Of a stretch of 60,816 bases of DNA, positions 18,501-27,020 are shown one piece after another. The translations under genes were made by a program, and so were the position numbers. The DNA is from a virus (Duplodnaviria > Caudoviricetes): the IMG/VR virus record IMGVR_UViG_3300049143_000034, positions 1 through 60,816 of that record; one strand, 5' to 3'. How positions within the stretch are numbered: the first letter of the stretch is position 1; each line of letters starts with the position of its first letter. The notes below the pieces were generated by a model. The model searched no databases. It had not been told where the DNA came from and saw only the letters and a list, made by a program, of their open reading frames with translations.

Positions 18501-19963
18501 GTCGCCTCGGTGAGAGCCCGCTGCGCCTGCTCGACTTGACGATTGGCCTTCTCGACCTGCTGGTTGGCCTTCTCGACACCCCGCTGAGCCTCAGCGACCC
18601 GGTCGTTGGCCTGGGCCGCCTTGTCCTTGGCGGCGACGACCTTGTCCGAGGCCTCGACACCCTTCTGGAAGGCTTCGTTCGCTTCCTGCTGGGTGTCTTT
18701 GTTCTTCTCGACCGCCTCCTGATACCGGAGGTCGGCACGCTGCAACCGCAGGTACGCCTTCTCGCGGTCCTTCGGCGGGGCCTTCGCGAACTCCTCGCGG
18801 GCCTCGATCAACGCCTGCTTGGCTTCCGCTTCCGACAGGGCGGCGTCCTTCACCTTGAAGGTGTAGTCCTCCAACTCCTGGCGGGCGTCCTTGTACGCAT
18901 CGGCGATGTCGTTGGTGGCGTCGCGGGCATCCTTCTCGGCGCTGGTCAGCGTCCGCTGCGCATCCTGCACGCCCTCGATCGCGTTCTGTCGCTGCTCGTA
19001 GGCGGAAACCACCTGCTCCTGTGCCGCTTGAACAGCCTTCGCCTGCGCCTTGCCGTCTGTGCCCGCGGCATCCTCGGCAGCGGAGAGCGCCTTGAACGTG
19101 TCCTTGATGCCCTGCATACCGACCAGGGCAGTCGAGACGCCCGCGGCGGCGGCCGGGCCGAGCGCAGCCAGGCCAGCGCCGAGCGCCCCGACCGCGCCCA
19201 ACGCTGCACCCGCGGCGCCGCCGATCGCGGCGATGCCCGCGCCCACTGCAGCTGCTCCGGCCGACGCCACGCTCAAGCCACTCAGTGCGGATCCGATGCC
19301 CCGAAGCCGGTCCAGGGCGCTGCGGTCGACATCGACGTTCACCGAGCGGTCGCGGGTGAGGGCTTCTATCCGCGTCCGGACGATCGATTCGCCCTGAAGT
19401 TCCAAGCGAATCGGCACAGTGATGTTCGCGGAAGCGAGGCGAGCACGCAGATACGCGGAGAATCGGTTGATCTCGGCGGTGGTGACGTCGAGGTTGAGCT
19501 TGATCGTGCCCTCAGGCAAGGAAGACAGCCGACGGCGTAGGACTTCCTCATCCACCGCTGGGATCAGGTGAACGATGAACCGGCGGCGACGAAGCTTCTC
19601 GTTGAGGTCCGTGCCGAACTGCTGCACATCAGCGTTCGTCGTCCGCAGTTTGACATTCGCATGCAGGTTGTCGATAGCGCTGACGTCCTGGCGCAGCTGC
19701 GCCCGGTCGACCTGCAGCTTGACCTTCGCGGTCGCCGCGTTGCGGATGGCACGGTTGAACCGGTCCATGTCCGCAATGACGGGAATCTCCACGGCCCCGA
19801 TGTGGGAGACGTCGATGTTCGCCTTGACGTTGATCGGATTGCGATCGGCATACACCTGAGCGCCGCGCAGTGCTTCTTTCACTCCGCGGGCGATCTTCGA
19901 GGTCTCCGGGATGATGGAGACGTAGGCGACGGCGAGTTCCACAGCGTTACCCGGAGACGTCAC
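15593..19963 (-). CDS. Tape measure protein with C-terminal NlpC/P60-like domain
   Basis: VELAVAYVSIIPET N-terminus; long Ala/Leu helical repeats; YLMGG..IDCSGLV...GHTA. Confidence 0.95.
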   Translation of the reverse strand: MTSPGNAVELAVAYVSIIPETSKIARGVKEALRGAQVYADRNPINVKANIDVSHIGAVEIPVIADMDRFNRAIRNAATAKVKLQVDRAQLRQDVSAIDNLHANVKLRTTNADVQQFGTDLNEKLRRRRFIVHLIPAVDEEVLRRRLSSLPEGTIKLNLDVTTAEINRFSAYLRARLASANITVPIRLELQGESIVRTRIEALTRDRSVNVDVDRSALDRLRGIGSALSGLSVASAGAAAVGAGIAAIGGAAGAALGAVGALGAGLAALGPAAAAGVSTALVGMQGIKDTFKALSAAEDAAGTDGKAQAKAVQAAQEQVVSAYEQRQNAIEGVQDAQRTLTSAEKDARDATNDIADAYKDARQELEDYTFKVKDAALSEAEAKQALIEAREEFAKAPPKDREKAYLRLQRADLRYQEAVEKNKDTQQEANEAFQKGVEASDKVVAAKDKAAQANDRVAEAQRGVEKANQQVEKANRQVEQAQRALTEATTSTSSAQTKAAQELAKLSPEARAFVLATRDLAPAWKDLKNATQDALFADSAKGITELAHAALPTLKAGMVDVAASMNGLTKQFAAFWAAPENLEGVRAAFAGTRGLIDGLGPGLQQATTGFLSLGQAAEPVANKIGAQFGGMLGQIGQAFTTTFQNGRLTELISSFGDTLEGLGQGLNPLIQGLIEMGNVVGPTLGPFLKTLGESLGALGPSLGQLGATFTKTLTSILPDLSAFISALATGLEPVLPVIGDLLRSMMTALTPLIGPLSQITQVVGNALVQAIDALAPAIGPLGTAFASLVTAVAPILPVVAEVVSGLVQALAPALTAVFDALGPVIKQWADLMMPVFRQIQPVLADVAMKIGTALADALQQIAPVLPQLADSFSQLVIAIVPLLPPMAELIAQVLPPMIDLLIELLPAITKIIDAFTWLANNVITPVLIPAIKGLSQYLTDQFNAASDVVRTARDVIGLAVQGMAAYFTDLGKTVKGVWDGIVRSIAWSVKQVGELLQSVPTIHIPGTDITIGEGVSTTGDNLVAWANAHMATGGLLRGPGSGTSDSMLIAASTGEYIVNAKSTAANLPLLQAINAGWVPSADFLHALVPGFREGGQVPGKKFAQSMDPAKYLMGGFSRQAIDCSGLVAAVVNDALGLDPFSGRMSTVNEGAWLAAKGAKPGVGPSGSINIGWFDRGGGANGHTALTLGDGTNVESNGSDGVVIGGPVGANHKMFDKHMYIPPELLRGGDLGGPATGNGAAKGGRPGKLGGGAGGSGASGGASSSGAPGSSGQSDSTGATPVLVTNWPPSFGGPAATDQLVGATPGMESAPTTPASPLGPDGTYTLPPAPQSSAVTPNAGADSTHPLSNLPVPGVSDLFQGPAPWYLAATPEQALANLGSQAAGLAQRTGTGFVDLLQNNWKEMLNTGLAVAGMGAGAGGPQQVVNNYGMDPNSAAAAAERQWRRRTLANQRGGGFGR

Positions 19964-20645
19964 GCAGGCACCTCCCATCCCAGGAACTTGTTCATGTCGG
20001 CGATCGGCACCGGCTTGTCGCCGATGCGCTCAGGCTTGGCGATACCGGGGCGTGGAATTGGTTTCGGCTGGCCGCGGTTCTTCTGCGCCGCCTTGGTTTT
20101 GGCCCACACCAGCCAGTGGAGGGAGTCGGCTACGTCGGCGAGCAGCATCTCCTGCAAACCCCACGGCCAGTCATCACCGCGTACCGCCCGCGCCAGCGCT
20201 GTGTCAGTGTTGGCGCAGACAATGGCTCTGATGTCGTCCCAGTTGAGGTCGTCGACCAGGCACAAGTCGCGCAGACGTAGGCCACGGTCGATCAGATCCG
20301 ACTTGATCTCGTTCGGGTACGCCTCGATCAGAACGTCGAGGCTCGCTATTCCCCCAGCGTGATCCCGGAGTGCTCGTTCCACTCCTTGCAGAAGTCGTTG
20401 AACTCGTCGGGATCCAGGTCATCCACCGCGGCGAGCTGCTTCTCGTCGAGCGACAATTCCAGCAGCGTGTAGAGACGGTTGATGCCGTCCAGATGACGGA
20501 TCTTGCGGAACAGGCCGGGCTTCAGCCACGAAAGGCTCGGCAGGACGACCTTGGTCTTGCCGACCATCTTCTCGAACGGCTCCCGCACGTAGTCATCGTC
20601 TTCGTTCTTCACTGCCCGGACCGGGGCACGCTTGGCTGTAGTCAT
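19960..20645 (-). CDS. Tail assembly chaperone, long form made by -1 frameshift
   Basis: GGGGGAA before the short-form stop; -1 frame continues GIASLDVLIE...PKPIPRPG. Confidence 0.85.
20346..20645 (-). CDS. Tail assembly chaperone, short form
   Basis: MTTAKR...WNEHSGITLGE*; lies between major tail and tape measure genes. Confidence 0.9.
   Translation of the reverse strand: MTTAKRAPVRAVKNEDDDYVREPFEKMVGKTKVVLPSLSWLKPGLFRKIRHLDGINRLYTLLELSLDEKQLAAVDDLDPDEFNDFCKEWNEHSGITLGE
20349..20355 (-). other. Programmed -1 ribosomal frameshift site GGGGGAA
   Basis: CTG GGG GAA TAG at the end of the short chaperone ORF. Confidence 0.85.
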
Positions 20646-20770
20646 GCGCAGACCTCTTTCTGTGTTTCGCGCAGGCACTTGGGAATAAGGCCCCAGTGAT
20701 GGCGGGCGGGCCTGCGCATAGGTCACCCGCTAACCGAAAGGAGGACGGGAAACCCGCCATCACTGGGGGT
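20643..20770 (-). promoter_or_regulatory. Structured leader of the tail chaperone gene
   Basis: 16-bp stem CCCCAGTGATGGCGGG/CCCGCCATCACTGGGG; enclosed segment is complementary to the RBS/start region. Confidence 0.65.
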
Positions 20771-20775
20771 CTGGA

Positions 20776-21369
20776 TTACGACGAGGACTCGACAACGCCG
20801 TCGTCGTAGTAGCGGTAGGCCTTCACGCCGTCGTCGTCCTTGAACGCTTCGACGGTGACCTGGAAGCCCGCGAGTTCACCGGCGACGAACGCGCGCTCGG
20901 TCACCTCGGAGACCTTCGCGTTCGGCAGCACGATCCGCAGCTTCTTGTCACCGGTCTTCATGTCGAAGATCCACACGCGGTTCGGCAGCGCCGACCCGGT
21001 CTCGGTGACGGTGATCAGCTTGCCCGTGGTCGGGGTCGCCGGAGTGACGGTGATGTTCTCGGCGCCGAACATCTCGGTCAGGACGTCCTCATCCCAGGCG
21101 CCATACAGCGTCAGCTGGAACCGCACGGAGTGCTCGGTCTGGAGCTGCGCGATGATGTCGGCGTTCCAGTCCTTGATCGCGTTGACGGTCCGCTCGCCCT
21201 GCGGCTCGAGGCCGTCCTCGGAGACGTAGCCCAGGGGGCGGATCGCGGCGTCGATAGTCGCCGCAGCCGTGGTGGGGACGGTGGAGCCGAGCGGGCCCGC
21301 GAGCACACCGCCGGTGACGGCAATATTCGGGGTGCCTGCGCCGATGTAGTCAGTCGATGGCAGAGCCAT
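20776..21369 (-). CDS. Major tail protein
   Basis: GPLGSTVPT...LGYVSEDGL...IKDWN motifs; synteny. Confidence 0.92.
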   Translation of the reverse strand: MALPSTDYIGAGTPNIAVTGGVLAGPLGSTVPTTAAATIDAAIRPLGYVSEDGLEPQGERTVNAIKDWNADIIAQLQTEHSVRFQLTLYGAWDEDVLTEMFGAENITVTPATPTTGKLITVTETGSALPNRVWIFDMKTGDKKLRIVLPNAKVSEVTERAFVAGELAGFQVTVEAFKDDDGVKAYRYYDDGVVESSS

Positions 21370-21441
21370 GAGAGTTGTCTCCCTTCGGGATTTGCGCAGG
21401 CCCTTGGGAGGTGGTTATTGAGTTGTCGTCCCAGCAGGGAG

Positions 21442-21849
21442 CTAGGCCAGTACTTCACCCCGCACATGCAGTTCCGCGGTGACGAGGTAGCGGGGGATGC
21501 CGGGGTACTGCGGGTGCGGAAGGTACGCCAGACCGAGATCCTTGGCCAAGTCGACCCAGATGCCGCTGACATACCCCGGTGCCGTCGCGCCGAGTAGAGC
21601 ACGCGTGACCTTGGCGAGATCGGCAACACCGGTTCCGAGTTCGTCCCAGCATTCGGCGACGATTCGGGGGCGGTCGGTGATCAGGTTCGACTGCGACCCG
21701 CCGGGGCGAGTTACCCGCACGAACCTCGGCGGCCGTGTCGCGGGGATCTCGATGACGACCGGCACGGTGATGCCGTGCGCCGCCAACTGCGCCGCGAGGT
21801 GATCGGCGAGGGCGATCTCGATGTCGCCGAACGCTATCGGCGTGGTCAT
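21442..21849 (-). CDS. Tail terminator
   Basis: PATRPPRFVRVTRPGG; synteny. Confidence 0.85.
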   Translation of the reverse strand: MTTPIAFGDIEIALADHLAAQLAAHGITVPVVIEIPATRPPRFVRVTRPGGSQSNLITDRPRIVAECWDELGTGVADLAKVTRALLGATAPGYVSGIWVDLAKDLGLAYLPHPQYPGIPRYLVTAELHVRGEVLA

Positions 21850-22100
21850 TGATCACGCATTCCGTCGATGACCGGTCCGAGCAGGGTGTGGTTCTCGGCG
21901 TTGTCCTTCATCGCCCCCCACGTCGCGGTGATGACCGCGGCACGGGCACGATTACGGCCGATGCTGGAGCGGGCGATGTACCCATCTCCGCCCGCACGGG
22001 CGCCGAGCACCGCCTTGTCGTGGACGAGATTCTCGGCTTCCTGCGAGGTCCGCAGCTGCCGGAATCCACGCATAGACCACCGGATCCGTGGTTCAGCCAT
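21846..22100 (-). CDS. Neck / tail completion protein
   Basis: GFRQLRTS...RARAAVIT...NAENHTLL; synteny. Confidence 0.8.
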   Translation of the reverse strand: MAEPRIRWSMRGFRQLRTSQEAENLVHDKAVLGARAGGDGYIARSSIGRNRARAAVITATWGAMKDNAENHTLLGPVIDGMRDQ

Positions 22101-22462
22101 CAGCCCTCCACTCTGCGTAGGTTCACCACGCTGCCGGGCTGCCACCCGTGGAAGCCGTGATTGGCGTCTTCCGGGTAGCCGACAACCTCGAACTGACCAG
22201 CGGGGCCTGCTGGTAGGTCGATCAGGTCGCCCGGCGAAGGGTTGAACTCGGGTGTCACGTACAACTCGACATCCACGATCACCGTGCGGTCGTGGCCGGC
22301 GAGCTTCGGCTCGGTCGACTTCGGTACACCCCACTGGATCACCTGAACGGGCGTGCCTGGCTGGTTCTTCGGCGGGGAGTATGTGGCCGGATTCCGATGC
22401 GGGTCCGGGCCGCCGGGCGTGCACACGTGATGCCCGACCGTGTACGGGGTTGGGAAGGTCAC
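22100..22462 (-). CDS. Head-to-tail stopper
   Basis: FPTPYTVGH...FEVVGYPED..HGFHGW.PG.VVNLRRVEG. Confidence 0.85.
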   Translation of the reverse strand: MTFPTPYTVGHHVCTPGGPDPHRNPATYSPPKNQPGTPVQVIQWGVPKSTEPKLAGHDRTVIVDVELYVTPEFNPSPGDLIDLPAGPAGQFEVVGYPEDANHGFHGWQPGSVVNLRRVEG

Positions 22463-22839
22463 GACTCGAACCGTTCACTCACCAACGGAACCGACACCAT
22501 CGACCCGCACCGGTACGGCGCGAGCCGCATCTTCAACGCTGCGGTCAGCCACGGGCCACCAGAGGTGGAGCCTTCGGTGTACCGCATCGAATACGGCCCC
22601 GCCGTCAGTTGATCGGCGTTCGCCGGCTGGGTCGCGGGCCGGGTGATGACCGCGGCAACCATCGCGGCCACCACCCGCACCACGGTGTCAGGCGTCGGTG
22701 TCGCCAGCGTCAGGCACCGCAGATACCCCAGCACCAGATCGCTTGCTTCGTCGAGCTGGCTTACGACGAGTGCCGCTTCCTGTTCCGTCAGTTCCCGGCC
22801 CAGGATCGCTTCCACGTCCGCTTGCGTCGCCAGCGCCAC
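22459..22839 (-). CDS. Head-to-tail adaptor
   Basis: LATQADVEAILGRELT...TAGPYS; GGAGG RBS. Confidence 0.88.
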   Translation of the reverse strand: MALATQADVEAILGRELTEQEAALVVSQLDEASDLVLGYLRCLTLATPTPDTVVRVVAAMVAAVITRPATQPANADQLTAGPYSMRYTEGSTSGGPWLTAALKMRLAPYRCGSMVSVPLVSERFES

Positions 22840-22948
22840 CGGTGCCTCCGATCGGTTCCCAGTTCTCGTCTCGGCTCACCAAGGCGGCGAGTGTGGAGCC
22901 CTCGCGGACTCCCAGCTCGCGGCCGGTGTCCTTGTGCCGGTACCGCAT
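22688..22948 (-). CDS. Small protein following the capsid gene (overlaps the adaptor)
   Basis: TAATG coupling to the capsid stop; MRYRHKDTG...NWEP. Confidence 0.55.
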   Translation of the reverse strand: MRYRHKDTGRELGVREGSTLAALVSRDENWEPIGGTGGAGDASGRGSDPGPGTDGTGSGTRRKPARRSKRSGAGVSAVPDAGDTDA

Positions 22949-23859
22949 TAGCTCGTGGCGTCAGGGGTGACCGCGCCGACCGGAACCTTCGCGGTGCCCA
23001 GCGGGGTGGCGGCAGTGCCCAGGACGTAGGCGTAGCGGGCCTTGAACCGCAGCGCGACCATGTCGCGTTCGGCCAAGTTGATCGACCCGACGGTCGCCTG
23101 GTCCAGCAGCTTCACGGTGATGTCCTGACGGACACCGATCCGCACCCGGTTGGAGTCCACGACGATCGCGGTCGCCGAATCCGGATCCCACGCGCCGTTG
23201 CGGTTGAAGAAGGTGCGGAACCCGGCGAAGGACTCGTCCCGGAAGATCGGGAAACCGTTCGCGTCACGCAGGTTGGCGACCTGGTAGCGCAGAGCCAGCG
23301 ACGACAGCAGCGTGTCGGGCATCCAGCCTGCGAGGGCGATCGCCTCAGCGACCTGGTTCACCGCACCCGGGATGTCGGAGGTGTTGGCGTTGCCGTCGAT
23401 CACCTCGGTGGTCTGGCCTGCCGCGACCGCGGCCGGGAGCAGCGCCGGGGACACCCACGAAGCAGGCTTGTCGGTACCGAAGATGACGGCCTCGTCGAGC
23501 TTCTTGCCGATCGCCTGACCGCCGAGGGTGGCGATGTCGCCGAGCACGTTGGTGGTGGCGTCATCGAGCACGTTCTCGTGCACAGGGATGATGACGGCGA
23601 TCTCCTCGGCGACCAGAGTCCGGTCTTCCCAGGTGACCTGGCTGGTGGGCTTCACGCCTTCGGGGGCGGACGCCGACTCCGACACCCACCCAGCTTCAGG
23701 CAGGGTCGCCAGCACCGGCAGGTGGGTCAGTTTGGTGCCCATCGAAACGGTCGGGAACGCCTGCAGCACGGTCGACTGCGCGGCAGCGGCCTGCAGCAGG
23801 GTGTTTGCGTACGCCTCCTGGATGAGGGTCGACACCTCGGAGCGCGAAATGTCCGCCAT
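22948..23859 (-). CDS. Major capsid protein (HK97 fold)
   Basis: AGWVSE...LVAEEIAVIIPVHENVLDD...INLAERDMVALRF. Confidence 0.95.
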   Translation of the reverse strand: MADISRSEVSTLIQEAYANTLLQAAAAQSTVLQAFPTVSMGTKLTHLPVLATLPEAGWVSESASAPEGVKPTSQVTWEDRTLVAEEIAVIIPVHENVLDDATTNVLGDIATLGGQAIGKKLDEAVIFGTDKPASWVSPALLPAAVAAGQTTEVIDGNANTSDIPGAVNQVAEAIALAGWMPDTLLSSLALRYQVANLRDANGFPIFRDESFAGFRTFFNRNGAWDPDSATAIVVDSNRVRIGVRQDITVKLLDQATVGSINLAERDMVALRFKARYAYVLGTAATPLGTAKVPVGAVTPDATS

Positions 23860-23912
23860 AGCGGATCTCCTTTTCTATTCGCCCAGCAAGGTGCGCCCTT
23901 GCGGGTCTGGGT

Positions 23913-24461
23913 TCATGCCCCCGAGCGGCGGATCTCGCGCACAGCTGCAGCAGCGCGCTCCTGCAGATTCGCGGGGGTGTCGCCGCTGCTAGACGCCCCA
24001 GACTTCAGTCCGGTGGCGGGGGCCTTATATACGGCGGGCTTGGACGCTCCGGTTTGCTCGGCGAGTTCCGCCAGATACCGGTCCGCGTCGGCTTCGAGTT
24101 CTTCCTTGGTGGTGCCGTTGATGCGGTGCGGAGGCACCTTCTTCGTGGCGGCCACTTCGGCGCGGAGCTTTCCTTCGGACAGCTTCGCGACTTCCTTTTC
24201 TCGCTCGGCGAGCTGCTGCTGCAGCGTCGTCAGCTGGTCGGCGAGCTTCTGTGACTCGGACTTGTTCGCTTCCTTGATCTTCTGCAGTTCCGCGGCCGCA
24301 GCCTGCAGGTTCTCGTAGTCGCCGTACTGCTCTTTCACCCGCGCGAGCCGCTGACCAAGGATCTGGTCGACTTCTGCTTGGGTGAAGGTCTTCTCCGCAG
24401 ACTTCTGCTCCGAGGTGGTGGCAGATTCCTGGTGTTCCGTCTCGGTGGACGTGTCGGTCAT
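23913..24461 (-). CDS. Capsid scaffolding protein
   Basis: KTFTQAEVDQIL..RLAR, G.TKEELEADAD; directly upstream of the capsid gene. Confidence 0.9.
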   Translation of the reverse strand: MTDTSTETEHQESATTSEQKSAEKTFTQAEVDQILGQRLARVKEQYGDYENLQAAAAELQKIKEANKSESQKLADQLTTLQQQLAEREKEVAKLSEGKLRAEVAATKKVPPHRINGTTKEELEADADRYLAELAEQTGASKPAVYKAPATGLKSGASSSGDTPANLQERAAAAVREIRRSGA

Positions 24462-24541
24462 TTCTTCTCCGTAAGCCCGTCGGCATGAACCGTCCGTTTG
24501 GCGCTGGACGTGAGCGCATCCCCTCCAGGAATGGAGGGTGG

Positions 24542-25612
24542 TCAGTGGCGGCTGCCGCCGCGTTCCCGCTCGGCCTGCCGCATCGAGGAAAGGATCGACC
24601 GGAAGTCGCCGTCGCCTTCCTCGTAGGCGTCGTTGTATTGCGTGGTCCACCGGGACACATACGCGGGCGCTTCGTAGCTGTCGCCCGCGCGCACTGGTAC
24701 CGGCTCGCACCCGCAGTCGTCGTGGTACAGCTCGCCGATCTTGCGCTCGCCGCGGGTGCGACCGCTGGTTGCGACGAACTTCGCGGACTCCTTGGTCAGG
24801 TAGTCCGGGCCACGCGTGGCCAGCAGGCGACAGAACGCGCACGCGTCAGGCTTGGCGTGCCGCGCCCACCGAACACCCTCACGCTCAGCGTTCTCCGTGA
24901 TCGTGTCTCGCGCGGCGGTGGTGACGTAGCGTTGCGTCGCACCGGACAGGCGCTGGATCACGCGCGCACGCGGTTGGTCCTCCTCGGCGGCGACCACTCT
25001 CGCGCGCGGCTCGCCATCCTGCGGCGCGACCACGCGGGCTCGAGGCGTCTCCTCATCCGCAGCGCTCGACCGGTCCGGCTCAGGTTCGGGCTCGGGCTCG
25101 GGCTCGGGTTCGACGACAGGTTGGGGCTCGGCGACTGGCTCCTGGGTCGGTTCGCGGAGCCGACGCACCTCCGACTCCAACTCGTCGCGGTCCATCTCCT
25201 CAGGCTCGAGGTCTTCTGGTGCGGGACGGGGCTCCGGCTCACGCTCAGCAGACAGCGCCCACCACACCGTCGCCTCGATCTGCTCCCGCGGCGGCAACGG
25301 CGCCGGGCGCGGCTCGAAGTCTGCGGCATCCAGCAGTGCGACGCGGCCAGTCGGGCCCAACATGGGCTCTGGCGCGTCCTTCTTCCGCTTCGACTTCCGT
25401 GGTTTCTCACGCGCCAACCCGCGATACCAGGACGTAGCGAGGTCGGCAGAAGCCGCCATATACCGCTCCATCACTGGAGGAACCGCAGCCACGAGCGTGT
25501 CGTCGTCCTCGCCGGATAGAGCGATTACGACCGCGGCGATCTCGGCGACCGCCAGTGCCGACAGCTCGTCGACGTCCTGCTGATACTGCTCGATCTCAGC
25601 TTGCGACGGCAT
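24542..25612 (-). CDS. MuF-like head morphogenesis protein (often annotated capsid maturation protease)
   Basis: WARHA..ACAFCRLLATRG and YHDDCGC motifs; follows the portal gene. Confidence 0.8.
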   Translation of the reverse strand: MPSQAEIEQYQQDVDELSALAVAEIAAVVIALSGEDDDTLVAAVPPVMERYMAASADLATSWYRGLAREKPRKSKRKKDAPEPMLGPTGRVALLDAADFEPRPAPLPPREQIEATVWWALSAEREPEPRPAPEDLEPEEMDRDELESEVRRLREPTQEPVAEPQPVVEPEPEPEPEPEPDRSSAADEETPRARVVAPQDGEPRARVVAAEEDQPRARVIQRLSGATQRYVTTAARDTITENAEREGVRWARHAKPDACAFCRLLATRGPDYLTKESAKFVATSGRTRGERKIGELYHDDCGCEPVPVRAGDSYEAPAYVSRWTTQYNDAYEEGDGDFRSILSSMRQAERERGGSRH

Positions 25613-27005
25613 CCGGGACGGCACCCATCGAAGCGGCTCGGCGAGCACGCAACTCGGCGACCAGCGAGTCGGTCTTCTGCGACTGCATACTCGCCTGAAT
25701 GCCGCGGATCTGCTGCTGAGTCATCCCCGGGATCATCGACAGCACGGATTCGATCGGAACGCCCACACTGGCGAGCTTCGCGACACCATCGACGACCTGA
25801 GCAAACGACCGTGGCTCGGTGTCGCGCCACACCACCTCAGCGGCCGAGTCGAACGCGGTCGCGGCGTCGCCATCCATCTCGGCGTCCAACCGCAGCACCT
25901 GCTCCCACGACTCCCCGAATGACTCCCGCTTATCGATCAGCTTCTCGTTCTGGTCCTGGCTGGCCAGGGCGAGCGCCTCCGCGGAGAGGTTGATCAGCTT
26001 GCCGTTCTTCGTCGGCGCCAATCCGGCCTTCTCGTAGACGTCGGCCTTCATTGAATCCAGCAGTTCGGTGTAACCGGTGATCGACGCTGCGGGAAGGCTT
26101 TGCGCGTTCACGTCAGGCTCCTCGAACGCCCACACGCGCCGCGCGGACGCCTCCAGCACCTCCGAGCGCGTGCCCGACCAGCCCGTGATCACCTTCTGTG
26201 GGAACGCACCGAACCGCGACACAATCAGACGGTCGAAGTTCACGCTGTTGATGGCCTGCTGATCCAGGATCAACGGCGCGATCTCGCCCACAATCTGGTC
26301 ATCGGCGTCCCGATCGTTCACGAACCGGATCACCGGGCACACAGGATCCCCGCCGTAGGTGGCGCCGTGCTCATACGGTTCATCGAACTCGTGCACTGAG
26401 ATCGGCTGTGAACGGTTCTGGTCCTTGTCGTACATCGGCGTATCGCCGAGGTCGAACGGATAGATGAACATGTCGTCCAGCACCATGCCGCGGCGGCGGG
26501 GTTTGGCGTCGGTGTTGTCGATCCACGTCTCCAGCACGTACTCGGGCCACTCATCCAGTGAAGGATCCCGATACACGGCCAGTAATTGCCGGGGACTGCG
26601 CGGAGTCCACACCGGCGTGCCCTTCTCGCCCTTCAGCACCTTCAAGTAAGCGGCGCCGTAGGTCACCGCGGGCTTGTGGACTTCCTTCTGCCGGGCATCC
26701 ATCCGGTTGCGCTGCCACGACGCCCACGCCGGGTCGTTCTCCTTCGCCGTCGACCGCCGATATCCGACCACCGACAGGTTCCGGGTCCAGGTGTCGCGCA
26801 CGCCCGCCAGGACGTTCTTCACCGAAAGCTTCGCCAGCGACTTCACCTCATCGCCGGTGCCTTCCGGCACCTCAGGAGCGCCCCGCAGGCCCTTCGTGTA
26901 CTCGTAGATGCGGTCCAGCCACAACCGCTCCTCCATGTGCATGCGCCACATATCGGAGACCAGGGTGCGAAGTTCCTCTTCGGCGAGCGGTGCGTGCTCG
27001 GCCAT
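25596..27005 (-). CDS. Portal protein (SPP1 gp6-like)
   Basis: 469 aa after TerL; CPVIRFVN, FGAFPQK, NLSAEAL, WRDTEPRS. Confidence 0.92.
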   Translation of the reverse strand: MAEHAPLAEEELRTLVSDMWRMHMEERLWLDRIYEYTKGLRGAPEVPEGTGDEVKSLAKLSVKNVLAGVRDTWTRNLSVVGYRRSTAKENDPAWASWQRNRMDARQKEVHKPAVTYGAAYLKVLKGEKGTPVWTPRSPRQLLAVYRDPSLDEWPEYVLETWIDNTDAKPRRRGMVLDDMFIYPFDLGDTPMYDKDQNRSQPISVHEFDEPYEHGATYGGDPVCPVIRFVNDRDADDQIVGEIAPLILDQQAINSVNFDRLIVSRFGAFPQKVITGWSGTRSEVLEASARRVWAFEEPDVNAQSLPAASITGYTELLDSMKADVYEKAGLAPTKNGKLINLSAEALALASQDQNEKLIDKRESFGESWEQVLRLDAEMDGDAATAFDSAAEVVWRDTEPRSFAQVVDGVAKLASVGVPIESVLSMIPGMTQQQIRGIQASMQSQKTDSLVAELRARRAASMGAVPDAVAS

Positions 27006-27020
27006 GCATTCACCCCTCTC

